A stretch of 64,000 bases of DNA from an uncultured Bacteroidota bacterium (GTDB taxonomy: Bacteria > Bacteroidota > Bacteroidia > JABEUT01). How positions within the stretch are numbered: position 1 is the first letter of the stretch; every line of letters begins with the position of its first letter. Of this stretch, positions 16,170 through 25,540 are shown piece after piece. The stretch covers positions 12,707-76,706 of the forward strand of contig CAIUPO010000107.1 of assembly GCA_903901055.1 (NCBI GenBank), read 5' to 3'. The notes below the pieces were generated by a model that worked only from the letters and a program-made list of their open reading frames with translations, did no database searches and was not told where the DNA came from. The position numbers and the translations under genes were made by a program.

Positions 16170-18878
16170 ATGTTAAAGAAATTTTCCCCAATCATTATTT
16201 TATTGTGTATAGTACAAACCACTTTTGCCCAAATGTGGGGCGGAGGTGGAATGGGTGGTGGCATGAAAGGCGCCAAAGCAAAAGTAGGGCATTTTTATGG
16301 CAAGGTGGTTGATAGTTTAACCGGCAAATCAGTACCGTTTGCACCTGTTCAGTTGTCGGGCCAGCAATGGGATTCTGTTTCAAAAGCCATGAAAACAGTG
16401 GTTATTCAAGGATTGCTTACCGGAGATAACGGCGAATTCAGTTTTGAAAAACTGGCGGTGATGGGTACCTATACCATTGAAATTAACGCAATGGGATATA
16501 AACCTAAATCAGTTGTGACTTTTTTTGATATGAGTAAACTGATGAAAGCCGGACAAAAAATGCAATCGCAAAGCAGTGGTGATATGCCTAACATGTCGAA
16601 TGTGGAAAGTTTGCTGAACGCAATTGATAAGGATTTGGGAAATATTAAAGTGTCGTCCATAGCAAACCAGTTAAAGGATGTTACCGTGAATGGCAGTTCC
16701 CCGCCAATGGAACTTAAACTTGACAAACGTGTTTTTGATGTAAGTAAAAGCCTTACCACAGAGGGCGGTACAGCCGAAGATGTATTGAAAACGATCCCTT
16801 CGGTAAATGTGGATATTGATGGGAATGTTAAAATGCGCAATGCTTCGCCGACTATATATGTTGATGGGATGCCGACAACTTTAACCATTGACCAGATTCC
16901 GGCAGGGCAGATAGATAAGATAGAAGTGATTACTAATCCTTCAGCAAAGTATGATGCGTCTGCGGGCACGGGAGGTATCATCAATATTATTCTGAAACAT
17001 AAAAACACATTGGGTTATAATGGCTCACTGCGTTTGGGTGCCGATGAATATGGAAAAGTAAATGGCGGTTTTGATTTTAACGTTAGGCAAGGAAAAATAA
17101 ATGTGTTTCTCGATTTGCATGTACACCAGATAAAGCATAAAATGTATGGAAGTGAATATAAAGACACTGTTGCAAATCAGTCAAGCACTTCTCCTAAAAT
17201 TATCGACTACCAGAACGATACCAATACCATGGAGGGCTATTTTGCTTTTGCCAGATTGGGTTTCGACTACTTTATAGATAACCGCAATACATTAACTGTT
17301 TCCGGAATGCTAGTACGCGGAGATTTTAACTCAACCGATTTATTGCACACAAATAATGTTTATACTGATACACTTTCTTTGCCCAAGTTTATAAATGAGA
17401 ACTCTGCCTCCAGCAGGGTTTTTACGAGCCCCGGAGTTTCATTACTATACAAACACCTATTCCCGAAGGAAGATGAAAATATTACTGCAAGTGTAACCGC
17501 TAACCAAGGCTCTTCATCGGGAACCGGAAATTTTGACTTCCTGAATTACGACTTTAATAATGTGCTTTTATCATCGATAAACCAGATGCAGCAAAGCGGT
17601 GGCACAAACAAGTACTATGTGGGGAAACTGGATTATACCGACCCTTTATCTAAAAAAATAAAACTGGAAGCTGGTGTACAGTATACCTACAGCCAGGTAA
17701 ATTCGTACAGCAATTTCTATCTGAACGATATTTTCTTTAACGATGAAAGCAATACATACCTGTTCAATCAGTATGTGTATGCGGGTTATTTTACCTTCAG
17801 CGAAGACCTGAACAGCCGCTTAAGTTATCAGATAGCACTGCGTATGGAGCAATCAGTATATAACGGTACTGAAACCTCCGGTAGCACTTCAACGCCTTTG
17901 AACAATCAAAATTTGTTGAAACCTTTTCCGGGTGCATTTGTTACCTATCACCTTACCGAGAAAAGCGATTTGCAATTCAGTTACACTACCCATATTACAC
18001 GCCCTTCGTTCGCACAGTTGGTTGTGAAAAATAATTCGAACCCTGAGAATATTCAGGTGCCCAACCCTAACCTGAAACCCGCGTATCAGAACTCTTTCGA
18101 GTTTAATTATATGAATACGTTTAACAAACGTAATTCATTATTGCTGTCAGCATATTACAAAATCACGTACGATATTATTTCTACCCAAACAATCTCTTCG
18201 CAATACGATCCGATTTTAAAATTGCAGATTGACAGCACCACGTATGCTAATGCTAACTATGGCTACCAGGAAGGTGCAGAGGCAACCCTGCAAAACTCTA
18301 TTGGTAACTGGCTCGACATTACAACCAACTTTAATCTCTTTGAATCGGGTGTAAATGCTACCAACCTGAATATTCCAGATACTGCAAAAAAGTTCCTGAG
18401 CTATTTTGCCAAACTGAATCTAACTTTCAAACTACCTAAGAATTTCACTATACAGTTGAACGGAAGTTATCTTTCCAAGTCAAAAATTTCACCTGAAAGT
18501 GGCGGCGGTGGTGGCGGACGATGGGGTGGTGGCGGAGGCTATGGTGGAGGAATTTCTCCTTCTACCAGCGGATATATAGACCCAAATTATTCGTTGGATG
18601 TAGCTATTAAAAAAGAATTTTTCAAAAACAAAGCTTCAGTTACCTTGAATTGCAGGGATATTTTTGCAACTGCAAAAAATGGCTCTGAAGTTGTTGCAAC
18701 CTCGCTCGAAGGAGCTCCACTCTATTTCCAAACTACCAGCCGCACAAGGGATGTAAGGTTCTTCTCAATCAATCTTAGCTACCGCTTCGGACAAATGGAT
18801 GTTTCTATTTTCAAACATAAAAATAATAATATAGACGCCGGACCTGATATGGGTGGCGGTGGCGATAGCGGCAACTAG
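16170..18878 (+). CDS. outer-membrane beta-barrel family protein with N-terminal carboxypeptidase-regulatory-like domain (TonB-dependent-receptor-like)
   Basis: 902 aa. Signal peptide, GKVVDSLTGKSVPFAPVQL (CarbopepD_reg-like), and a long C-terminal region with beta-barrel character ending ...LSYRF. Unusual poly-Gly inserts (GGGGMGGGM; GGGGGGRWGGGGGYGGG; GGGGDSGN). Confidence 0.6.
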   Translation: MLKKFSPIIILLCIVQTTFAQMWGGGGMGGGMKGAKAKVGHFYGKVVDSLTGKSVPFAPVQLSGQQWDSVSKAMKTVVIQGLLTGDNGEFSFEKLAVMGTYTIEINAMGYKPKSVVTFFDMSKLMKAGQKMQSQSSGDMPNMSNVESLLNAIDKDLGNIKVSSIANQLKDVTVNGSSPPMELKLDKRVFDVSKSLTTEGGTAEDVLKTIPSVNVDIDGNVKMRNASPTIYVDGMPTTLTIDQIPAGQIDKIEVITNPSAKYDASAGTGGIINIILKHKNTLGYNGSLRLGADEYGKVNGGFDFNVRQGKINVFLDLHVHQIKHKMYGSEYKDTVANQSSTSPKIIDYQNDTNTMEGYFAFARLGFDYFIDNRNTLTVSGMLVRGDFNSTDLLHTNNVYTDTLSLPKFINENSASSRVFTSPGVSLLYKHLFPKEDENITASVTANQGSSSGTGNFDFLNYDFNNVLLSSINQMQQSGGTNKYYVGKLDYTDPLSKKIKLEAGVQYTYSQVNSYSNFYLNDIFFNDESNTYLFNQYVYAGYFTFSEDLNSRLSYQIALRMEQSVYNGTETSGSTSTPLNNQNLLKPFPGAFVTYHLTEKSDLQFSYTTHITRPSFAQLVVKNNSNPENIQVPNPNLKPAYQNSFEFNYMNTFNKRNSLLLSAYYKITYDIISTQTISSQYDPILKLQIDSTTYANANYGYQEGAEATLQNSIGNWLDITTNFNLFESGVNATNLNIPDTAKKFLSYFAKLNLTFKLPKNFTIQLNGSYLSKSKISPESGGGGGGRWGGGGGYGGGISPSTSGYIDPNYSLDVAIKKEFFKNKASVTLNCRDIFATAKNGSEVVATSLEGAPLYFQTTSRTRDVRFFSINLSYRFGQMDVSIFKHKNNNIDAGPDMGGGGDSGN

Positions 18879-18911
18879 TCGGGGCCCGACCGGCAGTCCG
18901 AGCCGGACGGG
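18873..18911. repeat. GC-rich palindromic element, family AACTAGTCGG...CCCGAC, copy A
   Basis: AACTAGTCGGGGCCCGACCGGCAGTCCGAGCCGGACGGG. The TAG inside it is the stop codon of the preceding gene. Confidence 0.5.
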
Positions 18912-18969
18912 CACTTCCGTCATTGCGAGGCTTTGCGAAGCAATCTTACTCAATTGCTAAAAACTTTTA

Positions 18970-19086
18970 CCACTAAGTCCACTAAGATTTCACTAAGCCT
19001 CACTAAGTTTTCTGAGTGTATCTTAGTGTGAATTTTCTTAGTGCACTTAGTGGTGAGAAATAATCAACCATTAAGTTTCACTAAGG
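18970..19086. repeat. block of four direct CACTAAG repeats followed by three inverted CTTAGTG repeats (long imperfect palindrome), copy A
   Basis: CCACTAAGTCCACTAAGATTTCACTAAGCCTCACTAAGTTTTCTGAGTG...CTTAGTGTG...CTTAGTGCACTTAGTGG. A homologous block lies at 54975..55057. Confidence 0.55.
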
Positions 19087-19120
19087 TTCAACCGCTTTTT
19101 ATACTTAAAAACCGCCTAAA

Positions 19121-19260
19121 ATAACAGGAACGTATCAGGAGCCATAACAGGAGCATAACAGGGAAAGAACAGGAACCATAACAGGAAAGTGTGTTTTTAA
19201 TGCTACTTGAATATGAATGAGTTACAAAATCTCCATCTGTTAATAACAGGCCGGAACAGG
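19121..19260. promoter_or_regulatory. array of six A/TAACAGG direct repeats at about 11-12 bp phasing, plus the conserved core TAATAACAGGCCGGAACAGG
   Basis: AACAGG/TCAGG starts at 19123, 19135, 19146, 19157, 19168 and 19180, with two more at 19245 and 19255. A homologous array lies at 54639..54773. Confidence 0.5.
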
Positions 19261-19517
19261 AAATGTGTTTCCAGATTTTTTCTAAAAAAGTCAGCAGGAT
19301 TATAGTTATTTTTGTTTTCATAACACAAAGGTAATTCATCAAATATGCTTTTTGAAAAAGTCATTGACCGGGTGTCCAATTATTTTTGAACAGTGCTTTT
19401 CAAAATAAAATTCCTTTTGTTAGGAATTAAATTAACAGAGATAAAAGAGAGCAAAAAGACACGTATTAGTGGCATTTTGAAAAAGAAGATGTTTAATAAC
19501 TTTTGTTATCTTTGTTT

Positions 19518-21168
19518 AATGAAAAGATTTGTTCTTCTTATATTCATTTTTAGTTTTTCACTTTGTGAGGGGCAGAGTTGGGTGTGGGGGAGGGATTGTT
19601 CTGCAGGATATGATCCGATTTCATGCAACATTGCGGGAGATACGAAAGGAAATGGATTTTTATTTGGATCATTTGATTCAGTAGTATCATTCGGAACCTA
19701 CAAATTGACAGGACCTCCTACAAGAAGGAACGATTATTTAGTAAAATATGATACCCTTGGTAGTATACTTTGGATTAAGCAAATCTATGGTAACCCGGGT
19801 TATATTATTGGCAATACAGATTATTCTGATAACATGTATATTTCGGGCGGATACATTGATTCTGTGCGATTTGATAGTCTTACTTTTGCAAGTATGGCTT
19901 CTCCAGCCTATTTAGTGAAATATTCTCCAAGCGGGAAACTTAATTGGGGCATTCAGTTCACAGGGAACTATATTGCCGCCTCTTCAATTGCATTTGATGA
20001 TTCATCGAATGTCTTCCTGTCAGGATTCACCAAAGGCAGTATGCAATTTGGAACTCTGAATTATACGGGGCCTACCACGAATGAATTCTTTATTGTGAAA
20101 TATAATTCAGCGGGTGTTCCACAATGGGCGCGCTATCCTACTAGTATTGCTTCCGGTAACTCAAATAGTTCTTCTATATTTTGTGATAGACAGGGGAATG
20201 CCTATGTAACTGGCGTATTTCATGACTCCATTATTGTTGGGAGTACCACGTTAAAGAGTAAAGGATCTTCTGATATCTTTCTTGTAAAATTTGATGGAAA
20301 CGGAAATGTGTTATGGGCAAAACAATCGTTTGCACAAACCCGATTTGATGCTATATTATCGAATGGAATGATAACTGATGATGCGAATAATATCTATTTA
20401 GCCGGGCAAATAGAAGGCGTAGTCACTATTGGCAGCACAAACTTGAATATTCCAGGGTTTCCCCCTTCTGTTTACTTGGCTAAATTTGATGAAAATGGGA
20501 ATTCTCTTTGGGTTAAAGTTTCGCAGCCTAGCTTAGCAAATGCCTATAGCCTCACCAGGGATATTTGTGATAACATTTATATGGCTGTAGGTGAAAGCGA
20601 TTCCAGCGAATTTATTATTTCTACAGATACGGTAATAACAAACCCCGGTAATGGTTTATATATAGCGTTTGATACTTCGGGTCATGTTATTTCTTCCGCC
20701 AATCTTTATTCAGTAGGTGACGATTATGATTGTATCGCCTCTAACCCGCGAGGTAATTCTGTTTTTGCAGGAGGTGATATATTAAGCACAATTGTTGTCG
20801 GTAGTGATACATTAACTCCAGTTGGAGAACTCCCTTTTATTGCCCGTTGGAATAATCCAGGGTGCAAAGATGTTAGCAATATTTCATCTGTTTCTTCACT
20901 GCACCAATCTATAATGCTTTTCCCCAACCCCAATACCGGCAAATTCACAATTCAGTTGTCGGGGGTTAGTGGTAATCCCGATGGCTATCAGGAGTCAGTT
21001 GAAATTTATAATGTGCTTGGAGAGAAAGTCACTATTGCGACCCTGAAACAAGTTCAGGGTGACTACAAAATTGACTTAACCAATCAACCCAATGGAATTT
21101 ATCTTTACCGCGTTATTTCGGAAGAAGGAAATTTGGTGGGAGAAGGGAAGTTTGTGATTACTCACTAA
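19518..21168 (+). CDS. T9SS C-terminal-sorting-domain cargo protein with beta-propeller (SBBP-like) repeats, paralog 1
   Basis: Signal peptide MKRFVLLIFIFSFSLCEGQSW. Repeated ...YD..GN..W.KQ... blades. C-terminal FPNPNTGKFTIQLSG...IYLYRVISEEGNLVGEGKFVITH is a Por_Secre_tail-type T9SS CTD. Start taken at the ATG at 19518; the ORF-track start at 19393 lies in the conserved upstream regulatory region. Confidence 0.7.
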
Positions 21169-21173
21169 TACGG

Positions 21174-21296
21174 TTAACCGCAAAGAGCGCAAAGATTTAC
21201 GCCCGCCTGAACGGAACGGGCAGGCAAAGGTCGCTACGCTTTTACACTTGGCGAACTTTGCGGGCTGTTTCTTTGCGGACTTTGCGTGAAATTGTT
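21174..21296. repeat. palindromic GCAAAGTCCGCAAAG / CTTTGCGGACTTTGC element immediately 3' of T9SS paralog 1
   Basis: TTAACCGCAAAGAGCGCAAAG ... CGCAAAGGTCGCTACGCTTTTACACTTGGCGAACTTTGCGGGC ... CTTTGCGGACTTTGCG. Confidence 0.45.
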
Positions 21297-21340
21297 CTTG
21301 ACTAAAATTTCTCTTATCTTTACTTTCTCTAAATCAGGTT

Positions 21341-23074
21341 ATGAAAAAAATAATTTTACTTTTTTTACTATTCATTTTTAGTTTTTCATTTTGTGAAGGA
21401 CAAAAGTGGTTATGGGGAACCCAAGGGACTGTTGCAAGTGGCAACTCATCGGGAGAAGGTTGCGATATAACAACAGATAGATATGGCAACGTTTTTGTGG
21501 GTGGGAATGTATATGGCAATGTGCATGTTGGAATTTATTCTTTAAGTAGTTCCATTAATTATACATCTGCATATTTAATAAAATATAAATCAGATGGAAC
21601 CGTTTTATGGGCAAAACAGTCAATGAATTTTAGCCCAAATGGACAAGGTTTTGAACATAGTATAAGTGCTGATATCTCCGGAAATATATACGCGGCAGGG
21701 GCGGCTTCAAATATTATAACTTTTGGAGTGGATACGGTACATGGAAATTCAAACTTGGGTTATACCAATAGCTTTTTGACTAAATACGATTCTAATGGAA
21801 ATGTTATCTGGGTTCAGCAGTCAAAAGGGAACGCCAGTAATTGTTCGGCTACAGGCTATGGTGCTTGCATTGATAATAATAAAAATATATATTTGACTGG
21901 TGGGTTCGATCAGATAGAATATTTCGACACTCAATTGCTTTCTAATCCCGTTCCAACGGCATTTCTTGTAAAGTATGATTCTTCCGGAAATGTAATTTGG
22001 GCCAAACAATCAAAAAGTTCTCCGGGTACGTCTACAGGAGTAGGTAGCAAAGTGGTTACAGATTCAAGGGGTAATATTTATGTTGCTGGTGGATTTTCAG
22101 ATAGTATACGCTTTGAAAATGATTCACTTTCAACCGTATGTGGTATATCAGGAGGAGATATTTTTTTGGCAAAATATAATTCTACTGGAAATGTTTTGTG
22201 GGTAACACAAGCTAACGTATATACCCCTTCTGCATTTGCGTCAATATACGGCTTTGCGATTGACAAAAATTCGAATACTTATATCACAGGACAATTTATG
22301 GATAGCGTTAGCTTCGGGCCAATTAAATTAATTTCTACAAGCGCTTCTCCTTATGATATTTTTATTGTTAAATATGATTCCAATGGAAATCCAATATGGG
22401 CCAAAACAGCCCAAACGTATTATGGCGCATTCTGGAGTTGTTACTCTATTGCTCCGGATACCAATGGGAATATTTATGTTTCTCTTGGCGGTGGCGGTGC
22501 AGGACCTAACTATGCAATTAAATATGGAACAAGAGTCTTTAGTGTGCCCGGAGTAGTATACGATGGTGCTTCTGTAATAATGAAACTCGATACATCAGGT
22601 AAATTATTATGCGGAAACATAGTTGGAGGTGGAGGTGATGATTGGAATGGCGTAGCGTGCAATCTAGCAGGGAATTGCGTTTATTTTGGTGGTGATTTTT
22701 GGGCTAATGCGGTATTTGGAAAAGATACTCTCAGCCTGCTAGCAAGTGAGGTTCCTTTTTTAGCTAAATGGTTGCCCTGTGGTGAAGTAATTACATCAGA
22801 TAATACCAATCAAAATGTAGATTTACCTTCCCTCTCCATTTTCCCCAACCCATCCTCCGGCAAATTCACAATTCAGTTATCGGGGGTTAGTGGTAAGTCT
22901 TCAGTTGAAATTTATAATGTAATGGGGCAGAGAGTCACTATTGCGACCCTGAAACAAGTTCAGGGTGACTACAAAATTGACTTAACAAGTCAACCCAACG
23001 GAATTTATCTGTACCGCGTTATTTCTGAAGAAGGAAATTTGTTGGGAGACGGGAAGTTTGTGATTACGCACTAA
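21341..23074 (+). CDS. T9SS C-terminal-sorting-domain cargo protein with beta-propeller repeats, paralog 2
   Basis: MKKIILLFLLFIFSFSFCEGQKWLWG signal peptide. The last ~70 codons are nearly identical at the nucleotide level to paralog 1. Confidence 0.7.
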   Translation: MKKIILLFLLFIFSFSFCEGQKWLWGTQGTVASGNSSGEGCDITTDRYGNVFVGGNVYGNVHVGIYSLSSSINYTSAYLIKYKSDGTVLWAKQSMNFSPNGQGFEHSISADISGNIYAAGAASNIITFGVDTVHGNSNLGYTNSFLTKYDSNGNVIWVQQSKGNASNCSATGYGACIDNNKNIYLTGGFDQIEYFDTQLLSNPVPTAFLVKYDSSGNVIWAKQSKSSPGTSTGVGSKVVTDSRGNIYVAGGFSDSIRFENDSLSTVCGISGGDIFLAKYNSTGNVLWVTQANVYTPSAFASIYGFAIDKNSNTYITGQFMDSVSFGPIKLISTSASPYDIFIVKYDSNGNPIWAKTAQTYYGAFWSCYSIAPDTNGNIYVSLGGGGAGPNYAIKYGTRVFSVPGVVYDGASVIMKLDTSGKLLCGNIVGGGGDDWNGVACNLAGNCVYFGGDFWANAVFGKDTLSLLASEVPFLAKWLPCGEVITSDNTNQNVDLPSLSIFPNPSSGKFTIQLSGVSGKSSVEIYNVMGQRVTIATLKQVQGDYKIDLTSQPNGIYLYRVISEEGNLLGDGKFVITH

Positions 23075-23079
23075 TACTC

Positions 23080-23163
23080 TTAACTGCAAAGTCCGCAAAG
23101 GTCGCTACGCTTTTACACTTGGCGAACTTTGCGGGCTGTTTCTTTGGGGACTTTGCGGTTAAC
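23080..23163. repeat. shorter copy of the GCAAAGTCCGCAAAG palindromic element 3' of T9SS paralog 2
   Basis: TTAACTGCAAAGTCCGCAAAGGTCGCTACGCTTTTACACTTGGCGAACTTTGCGGGCTGTTTCTTTGGGGACTTTGCGGTTAA. Confidence 0.45.
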
Positions 23164-23177
23164 GTATTTAAAGGAAA

Positions 23178-24915
23178 TTAATTCGCGGTCTTTGGCGGCC
23201 AGGTTTTCATAGCTGGATTGTGGAAGGGGCGTGTGGCAGGCGCAATGGTTTTAATAATGGAATCGTAGCGTATGGCATCATTCAGGATTGCAATGCCTTT
23301 TTCAGTTTCCTTATCGTTTTTCAAACCCACTTGTATGCGGCCTTGATCGTAAAAGAAACGGGATGCAATCTCTTCTTCCAGAAATACTTTTATCTCGTCC
23401 TTATTTTTAATCAGGTCGTTCTTTTTAGCCTCGTCCACATCATCTGCAATTTTTGCATAGGCATCTTTCAGGTCGTCGTAATAATTTTCAGTCTGGGTGC
23501 TTTCTTTCAATTGTTTCAACAACTGGTCGGTTTTCGTTATGTATTTAAAATTGCGGCTTCTTACGTATTGAACAAAATCGTTGTACTCGGCATCGGTAAG
23601 CGAAAAGGCAGAAGCTTCTGTTAAAGCAGGATGTTTCTGCACATAAATTGTTGCATAGTTAAAAATTAAATACTGTGTTTGCAGGTTGATAGCAATGGCG
23701 CTGTATTTATGCGGGTCCATTTTAATATCGGGTTCAACACCGCCGCCATCATATACCACCCTGCCGTGTTTGGTGCGGAATGCAGACTTTAATGAATCGG
23801 GCACTTTGCTAACGCTTCCATCGGCATTACGGTGGGTATAATCGAGCACCTGTATGCATCGTCCGCTGGGGATATAATATTTTGCAATGGTAAATTTAAG
23901 TTGGGCATCGTAACTCAATGGTCTTGTAAGCTGCACCAATCCTTTACCGTAGGTGCGTGTACCAATAACAATACCTCTGTCTAAATCCTGGATAGTTCCG
24001 CACACAATCTCGGAAGCCGAAGCAGAGCCGCTGTTTACAAGCACTACCACATGTATGCTGATATCAACAGGATCCAGGGTTGTTAAATCCATGTGATTCC
24101 ATTCTTTCATTCTGCCGCGTGTGTTCACCACCAATTGGTTTTTTGGTTCAAATACATTCACCACATCAATAGCCTCATTCAGTAGGCCACCGGGGTTTCC
24201 GCGCAAATCTAAAATCACTCCTTTCAGGTTCTCATTTTTTTTCAATTCCACCAACGCATTGCGAACATTTTTTCCGGCATCTTCTGTAAATTCCGACAGG
24301 CGTATATATCCGATATTATCAGCCACCTTGCCATAATAGGGCACATTACTAACTCTAATTGCTTCCCGTGTTAACACCTTTTCTACTGGAGCAGTGCTAC
24401 CCGGAGATAGAACCATCATTTTGAGTTGTGTGCCGGGTTGTCCTTTTAAAAGTTTACCTACATCATCAGTTGATTTTCCGGCCAATGCAATACCATCCAC
24501 ACTGATGATTTGGTCGCCGGCTTTAAGTCCCGCTTTCGCAGCAGGTGAACCTTCATAAGGCTCGGCAACTTCAATCTTGGTACTGTCTTTCTGGATGAGC
24601 GCTCCAATGCCACCATATTCACCGGTAGTCATAAAACGGAAGTCTTCAATCTCAGATTCCGGGATATAATCGGTGTATGGGTCAAGTGATTCGAGCATGG
24701 CATCAATTCCGGTTTTCATAAGTTCTCCTGGCTTAATGGTATCTACATAATGCAGGTCGAGTTCCCTCAACATAGTAGTCATGATGTCGAGGTTTTTGGA
24801 TATTTCAAAATAGTTGTCTGTGAAACTATAAGACAGGAAAGCATAGCCACCTATGGCAAGCATAGCTATTACTGCGCGTAGTTTTTTTAATTTTTGAAAA
24901 AGGCTTTTCATCATG
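23178..24915 (-). CDS. C-terminal processing (tail-specific) peptidase, family S41, with PDZ domain
   Basis: PDZ (GLKAGDQIISVDG) and S41 core (VLVNSGSASASEIV, DLRGNPGGLL). The probable start MMKSLFQKLKK... at 24915 gives a signal/TM; the ORF-track start at 25040 is likely too far upstream. Confidence 0.75.
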
Positions 24916-25129
24916 GTTGTAGAGTTATGGAACAGGATCGTAACCCGTGTGCTTATTAAATGGGTTGCAGGACAGAATTCTTTTTGCTGCAAGCCACGAA
25001 CCTTTAAATGGCCCGTGTTTTTGAATGGCTTGTTTGCCATATTCCGAGCAAGTAGGGGTGAAGCGGCAAGTAGGGGGCAGCCACGGTGAGATCATCTTTT
25101 GGTAGATCTTTATTAACCCAATAAGAAAT

Positions 25130-25519
25130 TTACTTAACAGCGGTCGCAGTTTTAAAGTGTTGTAAAGTTAGCACAATTTTAGATTCTATTTCCTGATAAG
25201 TGTTAATTTTATGAGCATTATACAGGAATATCAGCGAACAGGTTACATCCAATCCCGTTTCGTGAATCTTATTCTTGCGGTAAGCCTCGCGCATCCTTCT
25301 TTTTAAAAGGTTGCGGGTAACAGCTTTTTTAAACAATCTTTTAGGAACACTGAACGCAACTTTAACGGCTACATCACTTTTGGTATTTTCTTTTAACCAC
25401 AACAGTTTTACCGGAGGCTTGTAAATACTGTTTCCCTTCTGAAAAACGGCCTCCATAGCCATCTTTTCATACAAACGTTCCTGTTTTCGCAAGGTTTGTC
25501 TGCGGGGTATTTCAGTCAT
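25130..25519 (-). CDS. rnpA: ribonuclease P protein component
   Basis: 129 aa, basic, with [15 protein letters not shown] typical of RnpA. Confidence 0.75.
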   Translation of the reverse strand: MTEIPRRQTLRKQERLYEKMAMEAVFQKGNSIYKPPVKLLWLKENTKSDVAVKVAFSVPKRLFKKAVTRNLLKRRMREAYRKNKIHETGLDVTCSLIFLYNAHKINTYQEIESKIVLTLQHFKTATAVK

Positions 25520-25540
25520 GGCAAAATAAAAAATGGAAAC

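Noticed and set aside
19088-19342. 84-aa minus-strand ORF
   Set aside because: It falls inside the conserved non-coding repeat region (AACAGG arrays) upstream of the T9SS paralog. No RBS context and no conservation of the frame in the homologous region at 54.6-54.9 kb.
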